The notes beneath the pieces are model-generated. The model saw only the letters and a list, made by a program, of their open reading frames with translations. It searched no databases and had not been told where the DNA came from. Positions 49,159 through 57,898 of a stretch of 64,000 bases of DNA are shown here, piece by piece. The DNA comes from Candidatus Krumholzibacteriia bacterium (lineage in GTDB: Bacteria > Krumholzibacteriota > Krumholzibacteriia > LZORAL124-64-63), in assembly GCA_024763215.1 (NCBI GenBank), contig JANTFX010000006.1, positions 2,439-66,438 of the forward strand. Reading direction: 5' to 3'. The position numbers were made by a program, and so were the translations under genes. The number at the start of each line of letters is the position of its first letter. Position 1 is the first letter of the stretch.

Positions 49159-50556
49159 ATGATACAGCTGATCAAACCCTTACCCCATCCCCTGGACGAC
49201 CTTCACACCTGGCAGCCGGGGGATCGCCTGACCCACCTGGACGGACGCCCCATCGAGGACATCCTCGACTTATATTATTACACCCCCGAATCCAGGCGCA
49301 CGCGGCTGCTTTTGGCGCGCAGCAACGGGACACAGGTTGAGCTGGTCATCGACCCGGCCGACATCGGGGCCGTGACCGAGTGTTTCGCTCCCCTTGAATT
49401 CAAGACCTGCGCCTGCGATTGCGTGTTCTGCTTCGTGGACCAGAACCCGGCAGGCATGCGCGACCAGATCTACGTCAAGGACGAGGACTACCGCTTCAGC
49501 TTCCTTTACGGGAACTACATCACCCTGACTTCCCTGGGCAAACGCGGGCTGCAGCGCATCATCGAGCAGGGCATGTCCCCGCTGTACGTCTCGGTGCATG
49601 CCACCGACATCGACGTGCGCACCCGCATGCTGGGCATCAAGCGGAAGATCGATGTGCTGGCCATCTTGGCCCAACTCAGGTCCGCGGGCATCGAAGTCCA
49701 CGCCCAGGTCGTCTTGTGTCCGGGCTGGAACGACGGCCCGATCCTGGAGAAGACCTTCCGGGATCTTCTGGCCCTCGCCTCAGGTTCCCCGGACGACCAG
49801 TCGCCGTTTGCCCCGGTGAACGACCGGGGGCAGGACTACCGTCAGGAAACGGAATTTTCCCCCGGCAGCGGGGAGGGGGGCGTGCGCTCCCTGGCCGTGG
49901 TGCCGGTGGGCTTGAGCGCACACCGGGAGGGGCTGACCGAATTGGCGCCGGTGACCCCGGAAATCGCCGCCGAGGTCATCGGCGAGACCGAGCGTTGGCA
50001 GGCCGAGGCCGCGGCGGCCATCGGCCACCGCTTCATCTACCTCAGCGACGAGTTCTTCCTGATGACCGGCAAGCCGTTTCCGGCGCCCGCAAACTATGAC
50101 GGGTTCTGGCAGGTGGACAGCGCCATCGGGCTCACACCGCGCTTGCGGGACAGGTGGGATGAAGACCTGGAATGGGCCACCCAGGAGGGGGCGCTGCCAC
50201 GGCGGCCGCTGACCGTCCTGACGGGTGAGCTGGCGGCCCAGGCCTGGCGGCGTGAATTTCTGCCCGTCCTTAGGCGCCGAGCCTGCCCTCCGGTCGAAGT
50301 CATCGGCGTACCCAACACCTTCTACGGAAACACCGTGACGGTGGCCGGATTGCTCGGGGGCGGGGACCTGAGGCGCGCCCTGCTGGCCTTGCCGCCGGAG
50401 CCTGCCCGGACCGTGGCCCTTTCCCCGCGCGTATTCAACAGCGAGGGGTTGACCCTCGACGACATGACCCTGGAAGGCATCGCCGACGGCCAGCCTCATG
50501 AGGTCCTGATCGGCCAGGAGGATGAGTTCATTGCGTTCTGGCAGGGACTTGGCTAG
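49159..50556 (+). CDS. DUF512-family protein with N-terminal PDZ-like domain (radical-SAM-related Fe-S protein)
   Basis: Cys cluster CACDCVFC and DUF512-like core (YRFSFLYGNYITLTSL...LYVSVHATD). Immediately upstream of der. Start uncertain (49081, 49129 or 49159). Confidence 0.6.
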   Translation: MIQLIKPLPHPLDDLHTWQPGDRLTHLDGRPIEDILDLYYYTPESRRTRLLLARSNGTQVELVIDPADIGAVTECFAPLEFKTCACDCVFCFVDQNPAGMRDQIYVKDEDYRFSFLYGNYITLTSLGKRGLQRIIEQGMSPLYVSVHATDIDVRTRMLGIKRKIDVLAILAQLRSAGIEVHAQVVLCPGWNDGPILEKTFRDLLALASGSPDDQSPFAPVNDRGQDYRQETEFSPGSGEGGVRSLAVVPVGLSAHREGLTELAPVTPEIAAEVIGETERWQAEAAAAIGHRFIYLSDEFFLMTGKPFPAPANYDGFWQVDSAIGLTPRLRDRWDEDLEWATQEGALPRRPLTVLTGELAAQAWRREFLPVLRRRACPPVEVIGVPNTFYGNTVTVAGLLGGGDLRRALLALPPEPARTVALSPRVFNSEGLTLDDMTLEGIADGQPHEVLIGQEDEFIAFWQGLG

Positions 50557-50598
50557 GTTCAGGTCCGCTGTCCCATCCTGTTTTCCGAGGAGTTTCCC

Positions 50599-51912
50599 AT
50601 GTCGCTGCGCACCGTGGCCATCATCGGCAGGCCCAACGTGGGCAAATCCACGCTTTTCAACCGCATCGTGGGCGAGCGCCGGAGCGTGGTTCACGAGACC
50701 CCCGGAGTGACGCGCGACCGCATCGCCGAGACCACCGACTGGGCCGGCCATCCGTTCATCCTGCTGGACACGGGGGGGATCATCCCCTTCGGCGAGGCCG
50801 ACGGCGCCTTCGACTCCCTGGTGACCACCGTGGCCCAGGACACCATCGCCGAGGCGGACCTGGTGCTGATGCTGGTCGACGGCAAGGTGGGGCCCATGGC
50901 CTGGGACGAGGCCATCGCCAGGGATCTCAGGCGCTGCGGCAAGCCCGTCGTCCTGGCGGTTAACAAGATCGAGAAGCCGGACGAGGAACTGGGTGTTCAT
51001 GAATTCCACAGCCTGGGGCTGGGGGAGCCCCACGGGATCAGCGCCCTGCACGGGCTGGGCGTGGGGGACCTCCTGGACGAGGTGGTGAAGGAATTCCCCC
51101 AGCACGAGGTGGACTCTCCCTGCGACTGCAAGGTGGCCATCCTGGGCCGTCCCAACGTCGGCAAGTCCTCCCTGCTAAACATCATGACCGGGCGCAATGA
51201 CGCCCTGGTCAGCGACATGCCCGGCACGACCCGCGATTCCATCCACACCGATCTGACCTGGCACGGCAAGACCATCCGCCTGATCGATACCGCCGGCCTG
51301 CGCCGCAAGGCCCGGGTCCAGGAGGCCATCGAGGTCTTCAGCAACATGCGCACGGTGCGCTCCCTGGAACAATGCGACGTGGCGGTGCTGGTGGTCGACG
51401 CCCAGGCCGGGGCGGTGACCCAGGATGCGAAAATCGCGGGACTGATCCATGATGCCGGCAAGGGGGTCGTGGTCGTGTTCAACAAGTGGGACCTCGTCCC
51501 GGACAAGGACACCCACACCCACCGGGCCGTGTGGGAGAAATTCACCGACGCCGTGCCCTTCCTGGGGTACGCGCCGTGGTTCACCGGGAGCGCTTTGACC
51601 CGGCAACGCACCGGCAAGATCCTGGAGCTGGTCTGGGAGGTCCACCAGCAGCGGCAAAAGCGGATCCCCACCTCCCAGTTCAATGATTTCCTGGAACGCA
51701 TCGTCCGCATCCAGCAACCCCGGGCCCACCGCGGGGGCCTGGGGAAGATCTACTACGGAACCCAGGCCGAGAAGGAACCGCCGACCTTCATCCTTTCGGT
51801 CAATGAACCACGGTTTTTCGCCCGTAATTATTTGCGTTACATTAATAACAAGATCCGGGAGGAATTCGGCTTTACCGGCAACCGGATTTTTGTCAAACTG
51901 AAGCAACACTGA
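50599..51912 (+). CDS. der: Ribosome-biogenesis GTPase Der (EngA), tandem GTPase domains + KH-like domain
   Basis: Two G-domains (IIGRPNVGKSTLFN and ILGRPNVGKSSLLN). 437 aa. Confidence 0.95.
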   Translation: MSLRTVAIIGRPNVGKSTLFNRIVGERRSVVHETPGVTRDRIAETTDWAGHPFILLDTGGIIPFGEADGAFDSLVTTVAQDTIAEADLVLMLVDGKVGPMAWDEAIARDLRRCGKPVVLAVNKIEKPDEELGVHEFHSLGLGEPHGISALHGLGVGDLLDEVVKEFPQHEVDSPCDCKVAILGRPNVGKSSLLNIMTGRNDALVSDMPGTTRDSIHTDLTWHGKTIRLIDTAGLRRKARVQEAIEVFSNMRTVRSLEQCDVAVLVVDAQAGAVTQDAKIAGLIHDAGKGVVVVFNKWDLVPDKDTHTHRAVWEKFTDAVPFLGYAPWFTGSALTRQRTGKILELVWEVHQQRQKRIPTSQFNDFLERIVRIQQPRAHRGGLGKIYYGTQAEKEPPTFILSVNEPRFFARNYLRYINNKIREEFGFTGNRIFVKLKQH

Positions 51913-51956
51913 GGTGGCTGAACGAATCAACGCCAAAATCCAGGAGATTCAACCAG

Positions 51957-52691
51957 ATGCTGCTCGTCCTGTTCCTTGTTCTCGCCTTCCTGCTTGGCGC
52001 CTTGCCTTTCAGTTACATCATCGGCCGCCAGGTCAAAGGACTGGATCTGCGCCGTCACGGCAGTGGAAATCTGGGCGCCACCAATGTCTTCCGCACGCTG
52101 GGCCCATGGTGGGGCGGACTATGCCTGCTTCTGGACCTGGCCAAAGGCGCCGCCGCCGTGGGGCTGATGACCTGGCTGGTCAACACCTGGCCCGCAGGCG
52201 AACCCACTCCTTTCCACATCACCCCCGACCTCTTCAGGATTTTCGCCGGCGTCATCGCGGCCCTGGGCCACACCTTCAGCCCCTTCGTTGGGTTCCACGG
52301 TGGCAAAGGGGTCGCCACCACCGCCGGAGCCTTCGCGGTCCTGGCCCCGTTCTCCATCATCATCGCCACGGTGGCCTTCCTGGCTTGCTTCCTCACCACG
52401 GGGATCGTTTCCCTGGCCAGCATCACGGCTTCGGCCGTGCTGCCGGTATCGGTGTTGCTTTTCGAACTGAAAAGCGACCACCCCTCCTCGACCATCATCG
52501 TATTCGTCTTCCTCATCTGCGGTTGGGTCATCTTCAAGCATCGCAACAACATCATCCGCCTGCAGAACGGGACCGAAGCCAAGATCGTCTCCACCGGAAA
52601 CCATGGCCAGGGCGACGACGCCCGGACGGACGCTCGGCCTGATACCTCCTCGGCCGGCGAGAACTCCGGCTCCGCGGACGAGGGATCATGA
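51957..52691 (+). CDS. plsY: Glycerol-3-phosphate acyltransferase PlsY with ~50-aa low-complexity C-terminal extension
   Basis: GSGNLGATN motif and multiple TM helices. Tail KIVSTGNHGQGDDARTDARPDTSSAGENSGSADEGS. ATGA overlap with gpsA. Confidence 0.9.
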   Translation: MLLVLFLVLAFLLGALPFSYIIGRQVKGLDLRRHGSGNLGATNVFRTLGPWWGGLCLLLDLAKGAAAVGLMTWLVNTWPAGEPTPFHITPDLFRIFAGVIAALGHTFSPFVGFHGGKGVATTAGAFAVLAPFSIIIATVAFLACFLTTGIVSLASITASAVLPVSVLLFELKSDHPSSTIIVFVFLICGWVIFKHRNNIIRLQNGTEAKIVSTGNHGQGDDARTDARPDTSSAGENSGSADEGS

Positions 52692-53707
52692 AGGCGGCCA
52701 TCCTCGGCACCGGCAGCTGGGCCTGCGCCTTCGGCAAGCATCTGGCCCATAAATGGGACAGGGTCGTGCTGTGGGGTATCGAGCCGGAGCAGATCCACGT
52801 CATCAACACCACCGGAACCAATCCGGCCTACCTCGGCGAGGTGCCGTTGCCTCCGAACCTGCGCGCCACCCTCGACCTGGAGGAATGCCTGTCCGGGGCT
52901 GATGCCCTGTTCGTCATCGTGCCCAGCCAGGCCGTGCGCACGGTCATGGAGCAGGTGGCAGCCGTGGCCGCCCTGCCCGACCCCGCGCCTGTCATCTGCC
53001 TGGCCAAGGGTTTCGAGGTGGACACCCTCAAGCGCCTGAGCGAGGTCATCCAGGATGTGCTCGGCCCGCCGGAGGCCCCGGGAAACCACCCGGTTGCGGT
53101 TTTGCTGGGACCCAGCCACGCCGAGGAGGTCGCCCGCGAGTTCCCGACCGCCGTTGTGCTTTCTGGCACTCCCGGCGCGGACTGGGCACACTGGCAGCAT
53201 GAGATCGCCGGTCCGTTTTTCCGTGTCTACACCAACGATGACATGGCTGGGGTGGAAATCGCCTCGGGCTTCAAGAACATCATCGCCCTGGCCGTGGGCA
53301 TGGCCGACGGTCTGGGGACCGGCGACAACACGCGCGGGGTGCTGATGACCCGTGGGCTGAAGGAACTGGCCAGGTTGGGGGTGGCGCTCGGCGCCCGGAC
53401 GGAAACCTTCTTCGGCCTGGCCGGGGTGGGGGACATGATCACCACCTGCATCAGCCATCACTCCCGCAACCGCAACTTCGGCGAAGCCGTGACCCGGGGG
53501 GACCTGTCGCCCGAGGCTCTGCTGGGGGAGCAGGTCCAGGTGGTCGAGGGCGTGCCCATGGCCAAGGCGGCCCTCAAGCTCGGCATGAAGCACGGGATTG
53601 AACTTCCTGTTACCAGGCAAGTTCATGATGTGTTATTCTCCGGCAAACCTCCCCGTCAGGCCATGCGTGAGCTGATGGAAAGGCAGTTGCGGGACGAGCT
53701 GGAATAA
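52688..53707 (+). CDS. gpsA: NAD(P)H-dependent glycerol-3-phosphate dehydrogenase
   Basis: MKAAILGTGSWACAFGKHLA Rossmann N-terminus and GpsA C-terminal domain. 339 aa. Confidence 0.9.
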   Translation: MKAAILGTGSWACAFGKHLAHKWDRVVLWGIEPEQIHVINTTGTNPAYLGEVPLPPNLRATLDLEECLSGADALFVIVPSQAVRTVMEQVAAVAALPDPAPVICLAKGFEVDTLKRLSEVIQDVLGPPEAPGNHPVAVLLGPSHAEEVAREFPTAVVLSGTPGADWAHWQHEIAGPFFRVYTNDDMAGVEIASGFKNIIALAVGMADGLGTGDNTRGVLMTRGLKELARLGVALGARTETFFGLAGVGDMITTCISHHSRNRNFGEAVTRGDLSPEALLGEQVQVVEGVPMAKAALKLGMKHGIELPVTRQVHDVLFSGKPPRQAMRELMERQLRDELE

Positions 53708-53729
53708 TGGATGCTGGAGAGCGTGGGCC

Positions 53730-54107
53730 ATGAAAAGCCAAAAAGCGAGCAAGTTGTATCATTCCATCAGCGAGGTGGCCGGCCTGACCGGGGTCAAGCC
53801 CCATGTCCTGCGCTACTGGGAGGCTGAATTCCCGACCCTGCGGCCGCGCAAGACGGCCGCCGGCAGCAGGCGGTACAGGCAACAGGATATCGACGAGGTC
53901 CTGGCCATCAAGGAACTCCTTTACGAGAAGGGGTTCAAGATCGCCGGGGCCCGCAAGATGCGGCGCGCCGCTCGTCGGAAAAGTCCCGAACCCGCCCGGG
54001 CCCAACTCAGCCTGGGCTTCGGCGATCTCGACACGGCCGGGCAGCTGGAGGTGGTCCGGCAGGAATTGCGTGATATCCTGGAGATGGTCAAGGGTCTGGG
54101 GTCATAG
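53730..54107 (+). CDS. MerR-family transcriptional regulator
   Basis: 125 aa. N-terminal HTH (YHSISEVAGLTGVKPHVLRYWEAEF...RKTAAGSRRYRQQDIDEVLAIKELL). Confidence 0.65.
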   Translation: MKSQKASKLYHSISEVAGLTGVKPHVLRYWEAEFPTLRPRKTAAGSRRYRQQDIDEVLAIKELLYEKGFKIAGARKMRRAARRKSPEPARAQLSLGFGDLDTAGQLEVVRQELRDILEMVKGLGS

Positions 54108-54212
54108 GCGCTTGCCCCCGGGCAGCTTTTCACTTGTCCGGGTCCGATCCCCGTATTACATTGTCCGCCCGGAATGACCCCCGGAGATCCTTGGTGATCT
54201 TGATTTCATGGT

Positions 54213-54289
54213 CGGGACGTGGCGCAGTCCGGTAGCGCACTTGCATGGGGGGCAAGGGGTCGCGAGTTCAAATCTCGCCGTCCCGACCA
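54213..54289 (+). tRNA. tRNA-Pro (anticodon GGG)
   Basis: Cloverleaf: acceptor CGGGACG/CGTCCCG, anticodon stem CTTGC/GCAAG with loop ATGGGGG (G37), T-loop TTCAAAT, encoded CCA. Followed by a hairpin plus T9 terminator. Confidence 0.9.
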
Positions 54290-54401
54290 GCTTGAAAACG
54301 ATACGGCCGGGGCCTTGCGGTGCCGGTTTTTTTTTGCGTTGAATACGGGCGCGAACCCGGTTACTCTGCCTTCGAACCAACCAACACTGCCAAGGACACT
54401 C

Positions 54402-55079
54402 ATGACGTGCGGCGTGATCCTTCCAGCTTATAATGTGGCCCGCCATCTGCCCGATCTGGTGCGTGACCTCAGAGCCGCCCAGCCCGATCTGAGGATCGTG
54501 GCCATCGACGACGGCAGCGTTGACGACACGGCCGCAGTCGCGGAGGCCTGCGGCCTCGAGGTGATCCGCCACGCCGGGAACCGCGGCAAGGGCGCCGCCC
54601 TGATGACCGGCTTCACCTGGGCGCAGCAGCAGGGGCTGGAACTTGTCTTCACCATGGACGCCGATGGCCAGCACCTGCCCCGCGAGATGCAGGGTTTCCT
54701 GGATGAGATGGCGGCAGGCTCAGCCGACGTGGTGGTGGGCACCCGCATGGACCGCACCACGGGCATGCCCTGGATCCGCCGCAAGACCAACGAGTTCACC
54801 AGCTGGGTGGTGAGCCGTCTGGCCGGCCAGGACATCCCCGATTCCCAGAACGGGTTCCGCCTCTTCAGGGTGGAGGTTCTGCGTGGCCTGCGGGCCGTCA
54901 GCAGCCGGTTCGATTTCGAATCCGAGATCCTGGTTCTGTTGGGGCGTAAGGGCGCCAGGATCAGCTCGGTGCCTGTCTCCAGCATCTATGCCGACGAGCG
55001 CAGTTCCATCAATCCCATCGTGGATACCTGGCGCTTTTTCCGCCTGGTTTTCCACCTGGTCATGACACGAGACAGATAG
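54402..55079 (+). CDS. GT2-family polyprenol-phosphate glycosyltransferase (DPM1/GtrB/ArnC-like)
   Basis: [15 protein letters not shown]...[12 protein letters not shown]...DADGQH...[20 protein letters not shown]...NGFRLFR: GT-A fold with DxD and the DPM1-like core. ~225 aa. The ORF track starts earlier, overlapping the tRNA, which is unlikely. Confidence 0.75.
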   Translation: MTCGVILPAYNVARHLPDLVRDLRAAQPDLRIVAIDDGSVDDTAAVAEACGLEVIRHAGNRGKGAALMTGFTWAQQQGLELVFTMDADGQHLPREMQGFLDEMAAGSADVVVGTRMDRTTGMPWIRRKTNEFTSWVVSRLAGQDIPDSQNGFRLFRVEVLRGLRAVSSRFDFESEILVLLGRKGARISSVPVSSIYADERSSINPIVDTWRFFRLVFHLVMTRDR

Positions 55080-55091
55080 GCAAGGGTTGCC

Positions 55092-55883
55092 ATGAACAGC
55101 AATGATTCTTCCACCAAGCACGTGCTGATTTCCAACGACGACGGGATCGACGCCCAGGGCCTTGCGGTTCTGGAGGATGTCATTCGATCCATGCCGGATT
55201 TCCGGGTCACCGTCGTGGCCCCCAGCGACCAGCAGAGCGCGTCCAGCCACAGCCTGACCCTGACCTCGCCGCTGCGGATTCTGGACAAGGGACCCGGCCG
55301 TTATGCCGTGACCGGGACACCCACCGACACCGTTCTGGTGGCCATGGAGAAGATCCTGCGCAGCGATCCCCCGGACATCGTCCTGAGCGGCATCAACCAC
55401 GGGCCCAACATGGGGGAGGACGTGATCTACTCGGGAACCGTGGCCGCCGCCATGGAGGGCACCATGTTCGGTCTGCCCAGCTATGCCTTTTCCCTCGCCG
55501 CCTGGCATCCGAGCGATTTCAGCGGCGCCGCCGAGTTCCTGCGCCGGATGTTGCCCGATATCCTGGCCTTCCCCCTGGAAAAGGGTTCCCTGGTGAACAT
55601 CAACATCCCCGACGGCCCGCCTGCGGCCATCAAGGGCATCCGGGTGACGCGCCTGGGCAGCCGGGTTTATCAGAACGTGATCACCGACCAGGTCGATCCC
55701 CACGGCAAACCCTACCTCTGGATCGGCGGCCAGGGCCCGACCTGGGAGCGGGAGCAGGGAACCGATTACTCCTGCGTCGAACAGGGCTTCGTCAGCCTGA
55801 CCCCGCTGCTGGTCGACCTGACCCACCACGGCCTGCAACAGCAGATGAAGGTTCTGGAACGGGATACCTGGCGCAATGAATGA
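55092..55883 (+). CDS. surE: 5'/3'-nucleotidase SurE
   Basis: HVLISNDDGIDAQGLAVL N-terminal motif. 263 aa. Confidence 0.9.
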   Translation: MNSNDSSTKHVLISNDDGIDAQGLAVLEDVIRSMPDFRVTVVAPSDQQSASSHSLTLTSPLRILDKGPGRYAVTGTPTDTVLVAMEKILRSDPPDIVLSGINHGPNMGEDVIYSGTVAAAMEGTMFGLPSYAFSLAAWHPSDFSGAAEFLRRMLPDILAFPLEKGSLVNINIPDGPPAAIKGIRVTRLGSRVYQNVITDQVDPHGKPYLWIGGQGPTWEREQGTDYSCVEQGFVSLTPLLVDLTHHGLQQQMKVLERDTWRNE

Positions 55884-56595
55884 TTTCGCGGTGGCAAGGC
55901 GGCGCATGGTCCGCGAACAGATCGCCGGAGCCGGCCTCGGAGACGAGCGCGTGCTGGCGGCCATGCGCGAAGTGCCACGGCATCTCTTCGTGCCCAAGCT
56001 GCTGCGGCACCGCGCCCATCAGCCCTGCGCCCTGCCCATCGGGTTCGGTCAGACCATCAGCAAGCCGTTCACCGTGGGCCTGATGTCCGCCCTGCTCGAG
56101 TTGCAGGGGCACGAGCACGTCCTGGAGATCGGGACCGGGTCCGGATACCAGGGAGCGGTCCTTTCCCGTCTGGCCGGTTCGGTGATCTCGGTGGAACGGA
56201 TCAAGCCCCTGGCGGCCAGGGCCCGCGCTACTTTGGGCGAGCTGGACTACGACAACATCACGGTGCTCGCCCATGACGGTGTGTGCGGTTTGGCCGACTT
56301 CGCCCCCTTCGACGCGGTCATGGTGACCGCCTGCGCGCCCTATCTGCCCCCGCACCTGGTTTCCCAGCTCAAGGACGGGGGGCTGCTGCTGATCCCGGTC
56401 AGCAAGGGCAGGGAACAGATCCTTTACAGATACAGGCGCCAGGGCAATGAGGTCCTCATCGAACAATCGGTGACCTGCCGCTTCGTTCCCCTGCTGCCGG
56501 GGCTCGAGGAGGGCCCGGGCGCAGAGGATGGGGAAACCGACCAGGTCGGGGTGGAGGATTCCGCCGAGGCCGGCCAGGAGGAACATCTTGCGTGA
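55876..56595 (+). CDS. pcm: Protein-L-isoaspartate O-methyltransferase
   Basis: GFGQTISKPFTVGLM and SAM-binding VLEIGTGSGYQGAVL. surE-pcm synteny. Confidence 0.9.
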   Translation: MNDFAVARRRMVREQIAGAGLGDERVLAAMREVPRHLFVPKLLRHRAHQPCALPIGFGQTISKPFTVGLMSALLELQGHEHVLEIGTGSGYQGAVLSRLAGSVISVERIKPLAARARATLGELDYDNITVLAHDGVCGLADFAPFDAVMVTACAPYLPPHLVSQLKDGGLLLIPVSKGREQILYRYRRQGNEVLIEQSVTCRFVPLLPGLEEGPGAEDGETDQVGVEDSAEAGQEEHLA

Positions 56596-56602
56596 ACACC
56601 TG

Positions 56603-57076
56603 ATGGCCGTCCTGGGCAGCTTGCCTCCGCCGCTGGCGGTGTTCTGCATCGCCATGCTGCCGATCTTCGAGCTGCGCGGCGCCATCCCCGCCGCCTACGC
56701 CATGGGCATGGATCAGACCTGGTTGATCTACCTGCTGGCGGTGGCCGGAAACTTCGTGCCCGTCCTGCCCATTCTGTTGTTGCTGAACCCCATCGAAACC
56801 CGGCTACGCAGATTCCGCCTCGTGGACCGCTTCCTCGACTGGCTGTTCAGGCGCACCCGCAGCCGCAGCGACATGATCCGGAAGTACGAGAGCCTGGGCC
56901 TGATCCTCTTCGTCGCCATACCGGCACCCATGACCGGCGCCTGGACCGGCGCCATCGCCGCCTACCTGTTCAAACTTCCCTTGCGGTTGGCAGTCCCTTG
57001 TATCATTTTGGGCATCCTGATCGCCGGAATCGTCGTCACCCTGGTGTCCCTCGGGGTTGTGACCTTGTGGCATTAG
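56603..57076 (+). CDS. Small membrane protein, putative small multidrug-export (COG2426) family
   Basis: 157 aa, four predicted TM helices. PIFELRGAIPAAYAMG N-terminal motif typical of the family. Confidence 0.5.
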   Translation: MAVLGSLPPPLAVFCIAMLPIFELRGAIPAAYAMGMDQTWLIYLLAVAGNFVPVLPILLLLNPIETRLRRFRLVDRFLDWLFRRTRSRSDMIRKYESLGLILFVAIPAPMTGAWTGAIAAYLFKLPLRLAVPCIILGILIAGIVVTLVSLGVVTLWH

Positions 57077-57098
57077 ATCAGGTTGACCGCCTCTGGTT

Positions 57099-57176
57099 CG
57101 GGGCGTAGCGCAGCCCGGTTAGCGCGCCTGCTTCGGGAGCAGGAGGTCGGGAGTTCAAATCTCCCCGCCCCGACCA
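57099..57176 (+). tRNA. tRNA-Pro (anticodon CGG)
   Basis: Acceptor CGGGGCG/CGCCCCG, anticodon stem CCTGC/GCAGG with loop TTCGGGA, T-loop TTCAAAT, encoded CCA. Confidence 0.9.
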
Positions 57177-57254
57177 ACACTTTATTTTTCCCCTTTTCAA
57201 GCTTATCCTGCCGGCAGGTTTTTTCCTGCGGCCTTCTTCCTGGAGGATTCTTTC

Positions 57255-57782
57255 ATGGGCCATGCCGAACGTGTGCGCGAGGCCATCCGCTCCATACCCG
57301 ATTTCCCACAGCCGGGAATCCTGTTCAGGGACATCACGCCGGTCACCGAGGATCCCGCGGCCTTCAGCGCCGCGATCGCTGGGCTGGGCGCCCTCCTTGA
57401 CGGGACCACCTGGGACAAGCTTGCGGCCATCGAATCGCGCGGGTTCATCTTCGGCGCGCCCCTGGCCAGGAAGGTTGCCCGCCCCATGGTTCTGCTGCGC
57501 AAGGCCGGGAAACTTCCGGGGCAGACCAGGTCCGTCAGCTACGACCTCGAGTACGGCAGCGCCACCCTGGAAGTCCATGCCGACAGCATCGCGCCCGGTG
57601 ACCGTATCATCATCCTGGACGATCTGCTGGCGACCGGCGGGACCGCGGCCGCCGCGGCTTCGCTGGTGACCCAGAGCGGGGGGCAGGTGGCGGGATTCTG
57701 TTTCCTGGTGGAGCTCGACGATCTGGCGGGGCGGGATTCCCTGGCCGGGACGGCGCCGGTTTTTTCCCTTGTGCACTTCTGA
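57255..57782 (+). CDS. apt: Adenine phosphoribosyltransferase
   Basis: PRPP-binding motif RIIILDDLLATGGTAAA. 175 aa. RBS GGAGG. Confidence 0.9.
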   Translation: MGHAERVREAIRSIPDFPQPGILFRDITPVTEDPAAFSAAIAGLGALLDGTTWDKLAAIESRGFIFGAPLARKVARPMVLLRKAGKLPGQTRSVSYDLEYGSATLEVHADSIAPGDRIIILDDLLATGGTAAAAASLVTQSGGQVAGFCFLVELDDLAGRDSLAGTAPVFSLVHF

Positions 57783-57817
57783 GGGCACCTCTATTTTGAG
57801 CCTCTGCCCGCAACGGT

Positions 57818-57894
57818 GCCCCCGTAGCTCAGCTGGATAGAGCGCAGGATTCCTAATCCTGAGGTAGTGGGTTCGAGTCCCGCCGGGGGTACCA
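57818..57894 (+). tRNA. tRNA-Arg (anticodon CCT)
   Basis: Acceptor GCCCCCG/CGGGGGT, D-stem GCTC/GAGC, anticodon stem CAGGA/TCCTG with loop TTCCTAA, T-stem GTGGG/CCCGC, encoded CCA. Confidence 0.9.
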
Positions 57895-57898
57895 GTCT

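Noticed and set aside
54213-57894. Three tRNA genes (Pro-GGG, Pro-CGG, Arg-CCT) within 3.7 kb as a possible genomic-island insertion hotspot.
   Set aside because: The genes between and around them (GT2, surE, pcm, apt) are core genes with normal GC. No integrase is present, and no partial tRNA duplications (att sites) were seen.
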